DNA of 64,000 nt from Scenedesmus sp. PABB004 (GCA_014905635.1 JABVCE010000030.1:1-64000), one strand, 5' to 3'; numbered from the stretch's first letter, positions 34,835 to 46,947 are shown. Notes: generated by a model not told the origin, from the letters alone. Translations and numbers: made by a program.

Positions 34835-36909
34835 CGCCCGCGGGTGCTCTGGCGGCGAGCGTTGGCGGCGGCGGCGGCGGCGGCGGCCAGGCGGTGAGCT
34901 TCATCGTGCTGTGCGACCCGCGGTTCCAGCAGAGCAAGCAGCTGCTGGCGGGGCTCGACTTTGCCTTTCCCTCCGCGCCAAAGGTGACGCGCCGCGCGCG
35001 GCTGCAGCCGCTGCCGGCGGCGGCGGGGCCGCGCCGCGCGCTCACGCGCCCGCCGCCGCCGCCCCGCGCCCGCCGCGCCAGGTGGGCGCTGTGCTGAGCC
35101 AGGGGCAACAGAACAAGCGGCGGCTCATGTATGTCTGGTCGGCGGACGGCAGCGTGCAGCCCGGCACGCGCGCGTGGGCGCGGCAGCAGCGGCAGCGGCG
35201 CGAGCGCGAGCGCGCGGCGGCGGACGCCGCCGCCGGGCTGTCCGCGCCCTCAGGCGAGGGGCGCGGGGCAGAGCAGCCGGCGCCGGCGGCGGCCGAGGGT
35301 CTGCAGCCGCAGGCGGGGAGCGGCAGCAGCGCCGCGGGCACCAATCGCAAGGGCCTCCTCAGCAGCCTCTTTGGCGCGCTGCTGTCGGGGCCGCCGGACG
35401 ACGACAGCGCGGCGCAGCCGGCAACGGCGGCGGCGGCGGCGGCGGACGGCGGCGACGCGGCGGGCGCGGAGGCGTCGGGCGAGGAGGACGAGGACGGGGA
35501 CGAGGCGGGCGCCGAGGGGAGCGGGCGCGGCGTGTACATGTACGGCGCGGCGGTGCTCGGCCTCAAGGGTCCCCTCGCGCTGGAGCCCATCACCTGCCAG
35601 GCGCGGCCGCGGCGCGGCGGGGCGCACCGCAGCGCCGCCGCGCGCGTGGCGCGCCCGCGCGGCGCCGCCCGACCCCGCCGAGCTCCGCCGCGCCGCGCCG
35701 GCGCGCAGGGCTACCGCACGGTCGGCAACAAGGTGTGGACGATCGGGCAGACCAGCCGCGACGGCGACCTCATCGGCACGCTGGTCGACCCCGACGCGGG
35801 CGCGGGGCGGGCGCGGGCGCGGCGCGGGCGCGGGCGCGGGCGCAGCGACGGCGGCGGCGGCGCGGCGGCGGCGCGGCAGCGGCAGCGACAGCGACGACGA
35901 CGAGGGCGAGGAGGGCGACGAGGTGGTGCCGCTGATGGCGGTGTATGAGACGCTCATGGCGGCCGGGTTCGACCCGGAGGGCCCCGGCACGGCAGACTGG
36001 ATGTGCGCGCGCCATCGCGCCCGCGCGGCTGGGGGGGGGGGGGGGGGGCGGCACCTGGGGGCAGCAGCTCGCGCGCGCGCGCTCGGCCGCCTGGCCCGCC
36101 TGACCCCGCCCGCCCCCGCCTGACCCGCCGCGGCGTCGGCAGCGAGGAGCTGTCGTCCAAGATTGCCGTCGCGATCGCGCCCGACACGTGGACGCCGGCC
36201 GAGGCGCTCACGCCGGACGACTTCACCGTCGCCGCGATCGCCGAGGTCTGGCAGGCGGCGGGGTGCATCCGCGTGGACGGCCAGGCGCGGCCGGGCTACC
36301 GCCTGCGCCTCGTGGTGCGGCGCCGCGCCGCGCCGCGCGGGAGGGACGCGGCGGTGGCGGCGGCGGCGGCGCGGCGCGGCGGGGGTGGTGCAGCCAGCGC
36401 GCAGAGCGCCTGCTGCCGCTCGTGTGCCCAGCGGCCGCCCCGCGCGCGCGCGCCGCAGCTGCGTGACGAGCGCGGCATCCGTGAGGACCTTGGGTCCAAG
36501 ATGACCTCCCTCAAGCGCACGCAGCTCGCGGGCATCCTCACGGGCCGGCCCCAGCCGCCGCCGCTGGGCGCGCTGCTGTTCAGGTGCGGCGGGGGCGGGC
36601 GCGCAGGGCGCGCGCGGCGCGGCAGCCGCCGGGGCCCCAGGCCCGACCCCCGCCCGACCCCTCTCTCGCCCCCTCCCCTGCTCTCCCCCCACGCCGCCCC
36701 TCCGCAGCGACATCGGGCGCGGCAGCCAGCTGTACGACGCGCCCGGCTACGAGAGCGGGCTGCTGGCCACCTACCTGCCCGCGCCGCTCGCGGGGCTGTT
36801 TGGCGCGGGCCAGGTCTCCACAGCCAACCGCAAGGCCGGGCTCTACGAGCTCACCTCGGCGATCGGCGTGCTGCGCCCCATCGCGGCAGAGGGGCGCGCG
36901 GAGCCGTGA
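33765..36909 (+). CDS. FIST N/C domain protein, probably plastid-targeted; multi-exon
   Basis: WASCVSAKP..PDLALVFAS..IFGCS|AFGVLG..EVEGEPGISLTLAALPG, FIVLCDP..LLAGLDFAFPSAPK|VG, PITCQ|GYR, GALLF|SDIGRGSQLY..PLAGLFGAGQV match the layout of cyanobacterial-type FIST proteins. Confidence 0.8.
34762..34833 (+). repeat. (CAG)24 polyglutamine tract in a FIST exon
   Basis: 72 nt of pure CAG, read in the FIST coding frame as IE-Q24-APAG. Confidence 0.85.
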
Positions 36910-37001
36910 CGGGCCACGCGGCGCAGCGGCGCAGCGGCGGCGGGCGGGCGACCGGTTACCGCACGCGCGCGCCGGCCGCCGCCTCGACGCGCCGCTCGCG
37001 C

Positions 37002-39585
37002 TCACGCCGCCGCGCCCTCCACGCCCGCGTGCGGCGGGTCGGGCAGGCTCGCCCACTTTTCGTTGTACGCCGCCAGCTCCTCGTCGCTCAGCAGCGCCGC
37101 GTCGAGCTGCGCGCAGATCTTGGCCTGCGCGCCGCGCCAGGCGGGCGGGCGCGAGTTGGGGCGCGCCGCGCCGCGCCGCGCCGCACGGCTGCCGCCCCCG
37201 CCGCTCCCGCGGCGCCCCGCCGGCGTGTCCCGTCCCCCACTGCCCCTGACCCCCCCCCCCCATGTGTGCTGCGGCGCTGGCGCGCCTCGTCCATGCCGGC
37301 GCCGATGAACACAATCTCCTGCCGCCGGTCGCCGCCGGGGGGCGCAAAGTCGGACAGGATGACGCCCCGCTGCCCGCTGCCCGGCGCGGGCCACTCGTCG
37401 TCGGGGACGGCCGCCCACCAGTCGCCCTCCTCGCGTATCTCAAAGTGCTGCCCCGCGTGGCTCCAGTAGAACGCGGTCGCGTGCTTGTTGGAGAGCCACA
37501 TGAAGCCCTTGCTGCGCAGCACCGACGTGATGGGGCTGCCCGCGCCGCCGCCCTCGCCCGGCGCCGCCGGCGCGACCGCCTTGTTGTGCGTCACCGGCAG
37601 CCAGCGCAGCACCGTGTCCTGCAGCCTGCGCGCGCGGCGCCGCGGCGGCGGCGCGCGGGGGCGCTCGAGGCCGCGCTCGGCGGGTGCGGGGGCGGGGCGC
37701 GCGCTCGCCTGCTGCCTGCCAGGCCGCGGCCCCCGCTCACCGCTTGAGGTGGAAGGGCCGGCGCCGGTGGTAGACAAAGCTGCGGATGCCAAAGCGCTGC
37801 GCGGCGCGCGTCTCCGCGTGCTCCCGCGCCGGCGGCGCCGGCGGCGCGCCCTCGTGCGTGTGCCCGGTGTGGTGCTCGTGGTGGTGCGCGTGGTGGTGCT
37901 CGTGGCCCTCGTGGCTGCACGACGCGCTGCAGCTGTGGTGGTCCACGTGCGGGTGGTGCGCGTGCGCCTCGTGGCCGCACCCCGGCTCGCTGCAGCCCGC
38001 GACGTGCTCCACCTCGGCCGCCGCGCGCGCCGCCGCGACCGCGCCGCGGTGCTGGCCCTCGATGTTGAGGTGCGCCACGACGCGGCTCACGGACGACCCA
38101 AACACGCGCTCCAGCGGCACCTGGCGCGGCGGCGCGCGGGGGCGGCGCGGCGCGTCGCGCGGGCGCGAGGCCACGCGCCGCGCCTGCGCCTGCGCCCCCG
38201 TCCCCGCGCCGCCCGCTCGCGCCCGCTGGCGCGCCGCCGCGCCTTGGCCTGCTCGCACGCGATGACCGTGGCGAGCGGGTTGAGGCTGCTCACGATCGCG
38301 GTGAGCTGCTCCAGCGTCTCGCCCTCCAGCCCGCCCGGCAGCATGTCGACCTGCACGCCGGCGCGCCGGCGGCTGGGCGCGGCGGCCGGCGCGGGCGCCC
38401 GCGCGGGCGCGCCGCCGCGGCGCGGCGCTGCTGCGCGCGCGGGGGCCTGCCTGGACCCCTGCCCCCCCCCTTCTCCCCCCACCTTGTTCAGCAGCACAAA
38501 GTCGGCGCACTCCACCTGCTCCACCAGCAGGTCCACCACGGGGCGCATGTTGCCGCCGTCGCCGAGCTCCGGCCGCGACGCCAGCGGCAGCCTGCCAGCG
38601 CGGCGGGCGCGGTGCGCGCGCTCGGCGGCGGCGCGCGCGCGCGCAGGTGCTGGTCGCGGCGGGCTCTGCTCACTTGGTGGTGTAGTCTCGCAGGAAGGAG
38701 CTGCTGTCCACGAGCGTGACGAGCGTGTCCAGCTCCACGCGCGCGAGCAGCGGGTGCCCCGCCGCGGCGGCCTCGCTGAACTGGTCCCGGATCGCCTGCG
38801 GCTCCGCGACGCCGCTGTTCTCCAGCACGATGCTGCGCGGCGCGCGGGGGCGGCGTGGGCGGGGGCCGTGGACCGAGCGCGGGCGCGGGCGTGCGCGCGC
38901 GCAGCGGGGCCGGCGCCGCCGCCCGGCCGCGTGCGGGCGCGTGCGTGCGGCGCGCACCGCGCGTAGGGCTCGCCGCGCTTGTCTGCGAGCGCGATGATCT
39001 GCTCAAACGACGCAAAGAGCTCGTCCTGCAGGTTGCAGCCTGGGAGGGGGGCGGCGGGGGGGGGGGGGGGGGGGGGGGGCGGTCGCGGTGGCGGCTGCCG
39101 CCGCAGCTGCCGCCGCCGCCCCAGCCGCGCCCGCGCGGCGCGCGCACAGGCGCAGCCGTTGGCGAGCTCGATCGTGTCGGCGAGGTCGGCGGTCGTGTTG
39201 ACGCCGTCGCCGCGCGCGCGGTTGCGGTCGTTGCGCACGAGCTTGGCGTCGATGTTGATGGACGCCACGTCGTTGACGATGCAGGCGACCTTCTCCTTGC
39301 TGTTCTCCAGCAGGTAGCGCAGCAGCGTGGTCTTGCCTGCGGCGCGGCAGGCGGCGCGCGGCGGCAAGCGCAGTGGCGTGTGCGGCGGGCGTGAGTGCGC
39401 GCTGCCACGCCCTCCACGCCGGGGCGCCGGGGGAGGACGTGCGTGGGCTGGCAGGCCCGCGGCGCGCGCGCGCCATCACACACGAGCCCGCGCACGCGGA
39501 TCGCACCCGCGCCCAGGAAGCCGCTGAGCATGGTCACCGGCGTCTTGCCCGGCGTCGTCGGCTGCGGCGGCGGCGGGTCCGCCAT
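37002..39585 (-). CDS. COG0523/CobW-family (Zng1-like) metallochaperone GTPase with His-rich insert and CobW_C domain; multi-exon
   Basis: PVTMLSGFLGA|GKTTLL (Walker A), IVNDVASINID, ELANGCAC|CNL (CxCC), IVLENSGVAEP, LNK|VD, His-rich stretch, SFVYHRRRPFH, VLRSKGFMW, DRRQEIVFIG. Confidence 0.92.
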
Positions 39586-39878
39586 GCTGTGTGTGTGTGG
39601 GTCTGCGGCCGCAGTCGGCGGCGGTCTGCTGCTGTCTGCTGCCAGTGGGGCCAGGGGAGCGCGGCCCTCAGCTGATATGTGGGCAAGGAGTGGGCAACGC
39701 GAGGGCGGCGTGCGTGGGCCGCCGGCGCTGCGCCGCCGGCGCTGCGCCGCGGGCGTCCTTTTTCGAGTCCTGCCGCCGTACAGCGGCGCCGGCCGCGCAC
39801 AGCCTCCCAGACGGCCGCCGCGCGCCCCGGCGCACGCCGCGGGTCTGACCAGGACACAGGCAGCCACGCGTCAAGACA

Positions 39879-42236
39879 ATGCGCGCGCGCGAGGCGCCGC
39901 CGCAGCAGCACCCGCTGGAGCGCCTCCTGGCGGAGCTGGGCGCCTGGCTGGCCCAGCTGCAAGCTCCCGACGACGTCGCGCCGCCCGGGGACCAGCGGCG
40001 GCGGCGGCGCGATGGCTGCGCGGTGAGAGAGGGCCGGGCTGCGCGCGACAGCCCGTTTGCGAGGCCCGCCGAGCTCCCCGTCTGCTGCTGCCGCCGCAGG
40101 AGGCGGCGGAGCTGCTGGAGGTCCTGGAGCAGTACCCGGGCGGCCTAACGCGCTGCGCGGTGCTCAGCGCGCTGCAGCGCAGCCTGCTGGGCGGCGGCGC
40201 CAAGCGCGGCGGCGCGCCGGGCGCGGAGCAGGCGCCGGGCGTGGTCGCGCTCGCGGCGTGCCTGGGCGGTGGTGGCGCTCGGCCGCCCACGCCCGTGGTC
40301 GTCGCGGGCGCGGTGCGCGAGGTGGTGGCCGGCGGCGGCGAGGGCACGGGCGGCCCGGCGCTGCTGCAGCTCGTCGACGCGTGCGCGGGCGCCGCCGGGG
40401 CGCCGGCCGTGGCCATGTTTGTGCACTCGGCCCACGCCTGGCTGCTGAAGGGGCCGCGCGCGCTGCTGGTGGCGGGGCGCCGCCTGCGCGCGGCCACGAC
40501 GCTCGTGCGGCCGCTCGGCGCCGCTGGCGGCGCGCCGCCGCTGATGCCGACCACCGCGCTGGCGCTGCTCGTGCCGCCACGCGACTGGGACGCCACGCTC
40601 GCGCGCCTGCCGGGGCCGCACGGCCAGCTGTACCGCCTGCCCGACCTGCTGGCGGGCGGCCCGGGCGCGCTGGCAGAGGAGCGCTGCGCCCTCAACGGCT
40701 GGCTGCTGGCGACCGTGGCGGCGGTGGGGCAGGTGGAGCGCGGCCACAACGCGCCAGGCGCCGCGAGCTCGCGGTGCGCGGCCGCCATGGGGTTTAGGGG
40801 CTGTCCGCCGGGCGCGGCGCCGCATGCGGTGCTCGCGTGCTCGACGCCCAGACCGCGGCCACCGCCGCAGGACGTGGACGACGTGCAGCGTCGAGCTGCG
40901 GGGCGATGCCACGACCGACGGCAGCACCGGCGGCGCCCTGCGCTGGCTGCTGCTGGACGACGCCGTGCGATACGCGAGCCTGCTGCGCGCGGGCGAGCAG
41001 GTGGCGCTGGGCTGCCCAACCGTGCGAAGCTGGCTGCCACAGCCGGGCGCACCGCCAGAGCTCGTGCTGGAGACGAGCTGCGCGCTGACGCTGCTCGTGC
41101 GCTCCGACGGAGGCGAGGCCAGCGGCGAGGCGGCAGCCGACGATGGCGAGGCTCGCGGTGAGGCGGCAGACGGCGACGGCGCCGGGTCTCCCGCCGAGCC
41201 AGGCAGCGCAGGAGGCGCGCCCGCGTTCCGGCCGGTCGGCACACTGGCGGCGGGCGAGCGCGAGCTCCTGCTGTGTGGCGTCGTCAGCGGGCTGCGCCTG
41301 TGCCACGCCCAGGCGGGCGTGGCGCAGCCGGCTGGGCGCGTGCTGCGCGGGACGCTCGCCGACACGCCTGCCGACGCGGCGGCGGGGCGGGGCGTGGAGC
41401 TCGCGCTGCGCCTGGCGCCGGTCGGGCGCAGCAGGCTGCTGCGTGAGCTGCGAGACGGGCACACGCTGCTGCTGGCACGTGCGCGCGCCGCAGCGGCGCC
41501 GGGCGGCGGGCTGTGTGTGGAGTGGGCGGAGGACGTCGGCGGCGGCGGCGCGGACCTGTGCTGCCGGCTCGCGTTGCTGGCGACGCCCTGCCTGCAGCAG
41601 GGCGTCGATGTGGCGCAGCTGGCCGCCGGCGGCGACGCGCTGCTGGCGCTGCGCGGCCCGCTGTTCGCGCGGGGCGTGATCCGCGCGGCCGAGCCCGCGT
41701 GCTGCCAGCTGCACAGGTGCGAGGGCGCGGCTGGCAGCGCCAGCGCGCGTGCGGCGCGCGCCGCGGCTCACGGCCGGCCCACCGACCTGCTGCGCCGACG
41801 TGCCACCAGGGAGTGCGGGCGGGCCGCGGCGCCGGCTGCCGAAATGCTGCTCGACAGCGACGGCGAGGACTCGCCTGCGGGCAGCGCGCCGCACGAGGCG
41901 CCCGGCGGGGACGACAGCAGCGACGCCGCGGCGGGGCTGTGGAGCTGCGCGGCCTGCGGCGTCGACTTTGGAGCTGCCGACCTGCAGCCCGGCTGGGCCG
42001 GCTGGGTGCTGCTCGGCTCGGACGGCGCCGAGGGCGCCGAGGGGGCGCAGGCGCCGGCGGCGCGGCTGGCGGTCGACCCCCGGGCGTGGGGCGCGCTCGT
42101 GGCGGCGTGCGGCACGCCGCTCTCGCGCGACGTCGGGCGCCTGGCGGCGCGGCTGGTGGGCCTGCGCGTGGCGGCGTCGGTGTACGCGGCGCCCGGCGGC
42201 GGCTGCGCGGTCGCGTGCTGCGCTGCCGAGGTTTGA
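39879..42236 (+). CDS. Putative multi-OB-fold ssDNA-binding protein (Cdc24-type OB / RPA-like) with C-terminal Cys motifs
   Basis: Coherent coding exons. AMFVHSAHAWLL..PPLMPTTALALLV and LRWLLLDDAVRYASLLRAGEQVALGCP resemble the plant CDC24-OB protein motifs; CCQLHRC...WSCAACG is zinc-ribbon-like. Assignment from memory. Confidence 0.45.
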
Positions 42237-42409
42237 GCGCCGCGGCCCCGCTGTCGTGAACGCAGCGATCCCTGGTCCGCAGAGAGACCGGCACACCGCG
42301 AGCGACCGGCACACCGCGAGCGAGCGGCGTCCGTCGCTGGCGCGCGCGCGGCTCGCGCGGGCGGGCGCGGCGGGCGCCAACTGTCGCAGCGGGCGCCCGA
42401 TCCAGCGCG

Positions 42410-44948
42410 ATGTCATACGCGTCGGCGCTGGAGGAGGGGCTGAACGGGCTGGACGTGGTGCGCGCGCGTGCCTGAGGCCCGGCATCGCCCACGGCGCCGC
42501 TGGCGCCGGGGACGGCCCCGCAGAAACGCCAGGCCCGCTGAGCACCGCCCCGGTGCCGCAGGACCAGCTGCCGCCCGAGCTGCGCGAGCAAGCGCTGCAA
42601 GAGAAGAGGTCGCAGGGCGGCTACAGGCGCGTGGGCGCGCATGCATGGCTGCAGGCGCACGGGGTGGTGCTGGTGGTGCCCCGGCCCCGACCCGGCAGCA
42701 ATGAGGGGGCCCGCCGCCGCGGCGCGCGCCGCGCGCGGTCAGCGCGCCGCCGCCGCGCCCCACGGCAGCGGCTCTCGGCGCCGACGCACACGCGCCTGCC
42801 GCGCCGCCCGCAGGTTTGACAGCCCGGCCGACCGGGCGCACATCCGGGAGCAGCGCGCCGCCATCTGGGCCTGGTTCCGGGGCCTGGGCGGCAATCTCAT
42901 CAAGTGCGCGATCGCGCACGCTGGCCGCGGCGGCGGCGGCGCACGGCGCACGGCGCACGGCGCACGGCGCACGGCGCACGGCGCATGGCGCACGGCGCAC
43001 GGCGCACGGCGCACGGCGCACGGCGCACGGCGCACGGCACACGGCGGCGGCGGCGCAGGGCGTGCGGTGCGGCGCCGACCGGCTCCGTGCGCGCCGCGCC
43101 GCGCTGCGTGCCGCGCAGGCACGGCGTGAACCTGACCAAGGTCCCGCTGCCGGTGGAGCTGTGCGAGGCGCGCTCCTTCCTCGCGCGCCTCACCGACAGC
43201 TGGGCCTACCACCACCTCCTGCACGCCGCGGCGGCGTGCAGCGACCCCGTGGAGCGGCTGAAGCTGGTGGTGGCGTTTGCGGTGGGCGGCATGCGGCAGC
43301 AGGTGTCGTGCGACAAGCCGTTCAACCCCATCCTGGGCGAGACGCTGCAGGGCTCCTACCCCTGCGGCTGCCAGGTGTTCGCGGAGCAGGTCAGCCACCA
43401 CCCGCCCGTGAGCTGCTGGCAGGTCCTGGACGCCAACGGCCAGGTGCGCGCCCGCCCGCCGCTGCCGCGCCCGGCGGCGCCCGCGCACACGTGCGCCGTC
43501 GCTGGGCCGGCCGCCTGACCGCGCCGCGCCGCGCCGCGCCGCGCCGCGCCGCGCCGCGCCGTGCCGCGCCAGTTTGAGTACACGGGCAGCAGCTGCTGGA
43601 GCGCCACGTTCACCGGCAACAGCGTCAAGGGGAGCCAGTACGGCGACAGCCGGCTGCGCTTCGCGTCCGACGGCGCGACCGTGACCTGGACGCTGCCGAA
43701 CATCCACATACGCGGTGCGTGCACGCGCACGCGCAGTGGCGGCGCCGCCGGCCGCTGCGTCGCGCGCAGGCGCCCGCCCGGCGCGGCGGCGTGCCGACCC
43801 CGCCGCGCCGCGCGCGCCGCGCCGCAGGCGTGCTGTTCGGCGACCGCGTCGTGAAGTACCACGACACGCTGCTGTTTGAGGACGACACCAACGGCCTCAG
43901 GCGCGGCCCCGGCGCGCGGGCCGCAGCGGGCTGCAGCAGGGGCGGCCGCCGGCCGCGCCGGCCGCCGCCGACGCCGCGCCGCGCCGCGCCGTGGCGCAGG
44001 TGCGGGCTGTCGGTCGACCCCGCCGCGCCGCGCAAGGGCCTGGTGAAGCGCATCATCACGCGCGCGCGGCACCCGCGCGGCAAGCACGGGCACGACGCGC
44101 TGCTCGGCGAGCTGGCGCGCCTCGGCGCGCCCGCGGGCAGGGGCGGGCAGCGCGCGGAGCAGGTGCTGGACAGCTGCAGCGGCACGTGGCTCACCCAGCT
44201 CTGCTGGGACAAGGGCGTGCGCTCGACGGTCATGCCCGAGCCCGCGCCGCCGGCGGCGGCGGCGGCCACGGCCGCGGCGGCCGACGGTGACGGCGGTTCG
44301 GTGGTGTGCCACAGCATCGGCAGCTTCAGCAGCAGCAGCAGCCTGAGCGACATCGACGAGGCGGCGAGCGACGCGGGCGGGCGGCCCGGCGCCGCCGCCA
44401 ACGGCGACGCCGCGAGCAGCGCCAGCGGCCGCAGCGGCGGCAGCGCGGCGCGGCTCACCGCCTCGGCGCTCGCGGCGCACGCCGCGAGCCGCGAGGCCGC
44501 CGCACCGGCGCCCGCGCCCGCGCCGGCGGGGCCGGCCCCGCCGGCAGCGGGCGGCGGCGCCGGCATGGGCGCGCCCGTAGCGAGCGCCGCGACGCTGACG
44601 AGCTCCGACGCGACCGGTCACCGCAGCGGGCGGGGCATTGGCGTGACGAAGCGGCTCTGGGACGCGGCGGGCAGCCAGGTGTCGCGCCTGGTGCCGCTGT
44701 CGGACCAGGACCCGCGCCTGCTGCCGTCGGACCACCGCTACCGGCCCGATGTGCAGGCCCTGGGCGGCGGCAGCCCCGCCGCGGCGCAGCACTGGAAGCT
44801 GGTGCTGGAGCAGCGCCAGCGCCGCGACCGCGCGCTGCGGGGGCCGGAGCGCGAGGGCCACGGCACGGAGGCCGGCGCCGGCCACCACCGCCGCAGCAGC
44901 ACACGTGGGGGCGCGGGCGAGGTGGCGGGCGAGGAGGAGGGCGGCTGA
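42410..44948 (+). CDS. Oxysterol-binding protein-related protein (ORD only); multi-exon
   Basis: GVNLTKVPLPVELCEARSFL, KPFNPILGET, the OSBP signature EQVSHHPPVS, and LLPSDHRYRPD..LEQRQRRDR. Confidence 0.92.
42941..43038 (+). repeat. Heptamer tandem repeat (GCACGGC) x14 in an OSBP intron
   Basis: 14 copies, one with a C>T variant (GCATGGC). Confidence 0.9.
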
Positions 44949-45455
44949 TGTGGCGAGGCGGGGGCAGCTTCAGCACGCAGCGTTTTTTGCAGCGAGCGAG
45001 GGGGCGGCCACAGGGCCAATCGAGCCAGACGGGCCAGGCGGGGCGCCTGCGCGCGGATGAGCCCGCTGCCTGCGCGAGCAACGGCGGGTGACGGGGCGCG
45101 TGTGACGGGCGCGCCGCGCCGCCGCGGCCCGCATTGGCGCGGCGGCGCGCGCGCGCCGCCGAGGGCCGCCCCGACCGACCGCGCGGGCTGCGCGCGCGCT
45201 GTGGTCATTGCAGCAGCACTGTTTTTTTGCAGGCGCCGCAGTTGTGGCTAGCGCCTAGAGCTACAAGAGACACACCGCCGCCTGACGCTCCGTCGCGACG
45301 CGGCGCTACGCCCCAGCGCCGCGCCGCCATGCCTCCTGCCGCCCACCCGCGAGCCAGACGCACACCCCCCAGCCTCAGGGGCCTTGCCAAAGGCCCCTGG
45401 CTCGGCACCAGGCGAAGCCAAGGCACCAGGCCCGCTAACAGCGAGCCCCAGCGGC

Positions 45456-46758
45456 ATGGGGCGTCCGGACCCGCCCGGCGTGGCGGGGCCGACGCTGGAC
45501 GTGGCGGTGGGTGCCTGCGGGCCGCTGCGGCCGCGCGGATGGGCGGAGGGCGGGCGCCCTCCGCATGCTCGAGGCCCCCTCGCCGCGCCGCGGGGGCCCG
45601 GTTGCGCCCGCCGCGCCGCCCAGCGCTGGCCGGCGCCCCAAGATTGCCTCCGGGACCGCCCTCGCAGGTGCTGCAGGGCCTGGAGACCTACATCGCCACC
45701 GAGTCCTTCCTGCACACGCTGGAGCAGGCGAGCGTGGAGGCGTTCGACCTCGCCGACCGCGGGCACGGCGCCCACCCCTCCTCCGCCTGGCCGCCGGCGC
45801 CCTCGGCGCAGCAGCAGCAGCCGCAGCAGGTGCGCGCCGCGCAGGCCGGCTGCGCGCCGCGGCCGCTGGCACCGGCACGCGCCGAGCCAGGCTCCGCGCC
45901 GCCGCGCGCGCAGGCCGCCGCCGACGCTGGCGCCCCCAAGCAGCCGGCGAGCGGCCCGGCGCCCCCGCCGGCGGCGCCCGCGCGGCGCGGCGCGTCGGGC
46001 CTGTTTGCGCGCTGGCGCTCGCAGCCCGCGCCGCCGCTGCGGGCGGCGCCGGAGCAGTCGGTCGAGCAGGGCGCGGCCGGCGCGGCCGCAGCGGCGTGGG
46101 CGGCAGCGGCGCCCGCCGATGCGGCCGCCGCCGACGGCGCCGGCGACGCGGCGAGCGCGGCGTTTGAGCTGGTCGAGCCGCCGGCGGCGCCCGACGCCGC
46201 GGCGGCGGCGCCGGAGCCCTTTGTGCTGGTGCGCACGCGCGCCCTCGTGCCGCCGCCGCGCGCCTCGTGTTGCGGCCTGCCCCTGGGCGTGCGTGCGGGG
46301 CAACCAACGCCCGCACGCGCGCCGCCGCGGCGCCGCTGCGCCCCTGCGCCCCGCCGCGCGCAGGTGAGCGGCGAGGACGCGATCGAGGCGATGGCGTACT
46401 ACATCGCCCTCTTCCTCTCGCGCGCGCCCGAGGCGCGGGCCATGGACCCCAAGCAGCTCCAGGCCGCGCTGCAGCAGACCTTCACGGTGCGGCGCCTGCG
46501 CGGCGCCGCGGCGCCGGCGAGGGGCGGGGGGAGGGGGCGCCAACACGCCGCGCCGCTGACGCACCGCTGGCGCGCCGCGCCACGCAGGCCATCCGTCGGC
46601 GGCGTTACCGCGTGATCCTGGACTGGGGCACCTGGGCGTACCGCTGCAGCGCGGTGAGCTACAGCGCGCTGCAGCTCTACTCCCACCCCTGGCTCGTGCG
46701 CGCGGTCGTGGCGGCCATCTGGACGAGCAGCAAGATGGCGCTCGGCTTCCTCTGGTAG
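45456..46758 (+). CDS. Conserved green-lineage protein of unknown function; multi-exon
   Basis: C-terminal FVL|VSGEDAIEAMAYYIALFLSRAPEARAMDPKQLQAALQQTFT|AIRRRRYRVILDWGTWAY..LQLYSHPWLVRAVVAAIWTSSK resembles, from memory, a family of uncharacterised land-plant proteins. Clean GT-AG joins. Confidence 0.6.
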
Positions 46759-46942
46759 CGTGTGTGTTGGGCCCCGCGGGGCGCGGCGGCGCGTCCCCTG
46801 TACGACCAGCGCCCCCCGGCGCGCGCCCGCGTGCCGGCGCGCGCGCGCGCGCCCTGTACTCCCGCGCGCGCTGTCGGCCGGGCCGTGTACAAAAGGCGGC
46901 GACTGACTCACTGACTGAGACTGGCGGGGGCGTGCAGAGGGC

Positions 46943-46947
46943 TGTAA
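46943..46947 (+). terminator. Candidate TGTAA polyadenylation signal
   Basis: TGTAA about 185 nt after the stop at 46758. Confidence 0.55.

Noticed and set aside
35790..35850. Apparent frameshift in the FIST gene suggesting a pseudogene
   Set aside because: A short GC-AG intron (about 35800-35845) restores the frame, consistent with the GC-donor usage seen elsewhere; needs cDNA confirmation.
40790..40800. Isolated GGTTTAGGG (and TTAGGG at about 12532) as interstitial telomeres
   Set aside because: Single units, compatible with chance occurrence.
29233..43038. Short tandem arrays as possible CRISPR arrays
   Set aside because: Pure 7-bp microsatellites with no unique spacers and no cas genes, in a eukaryotic context.
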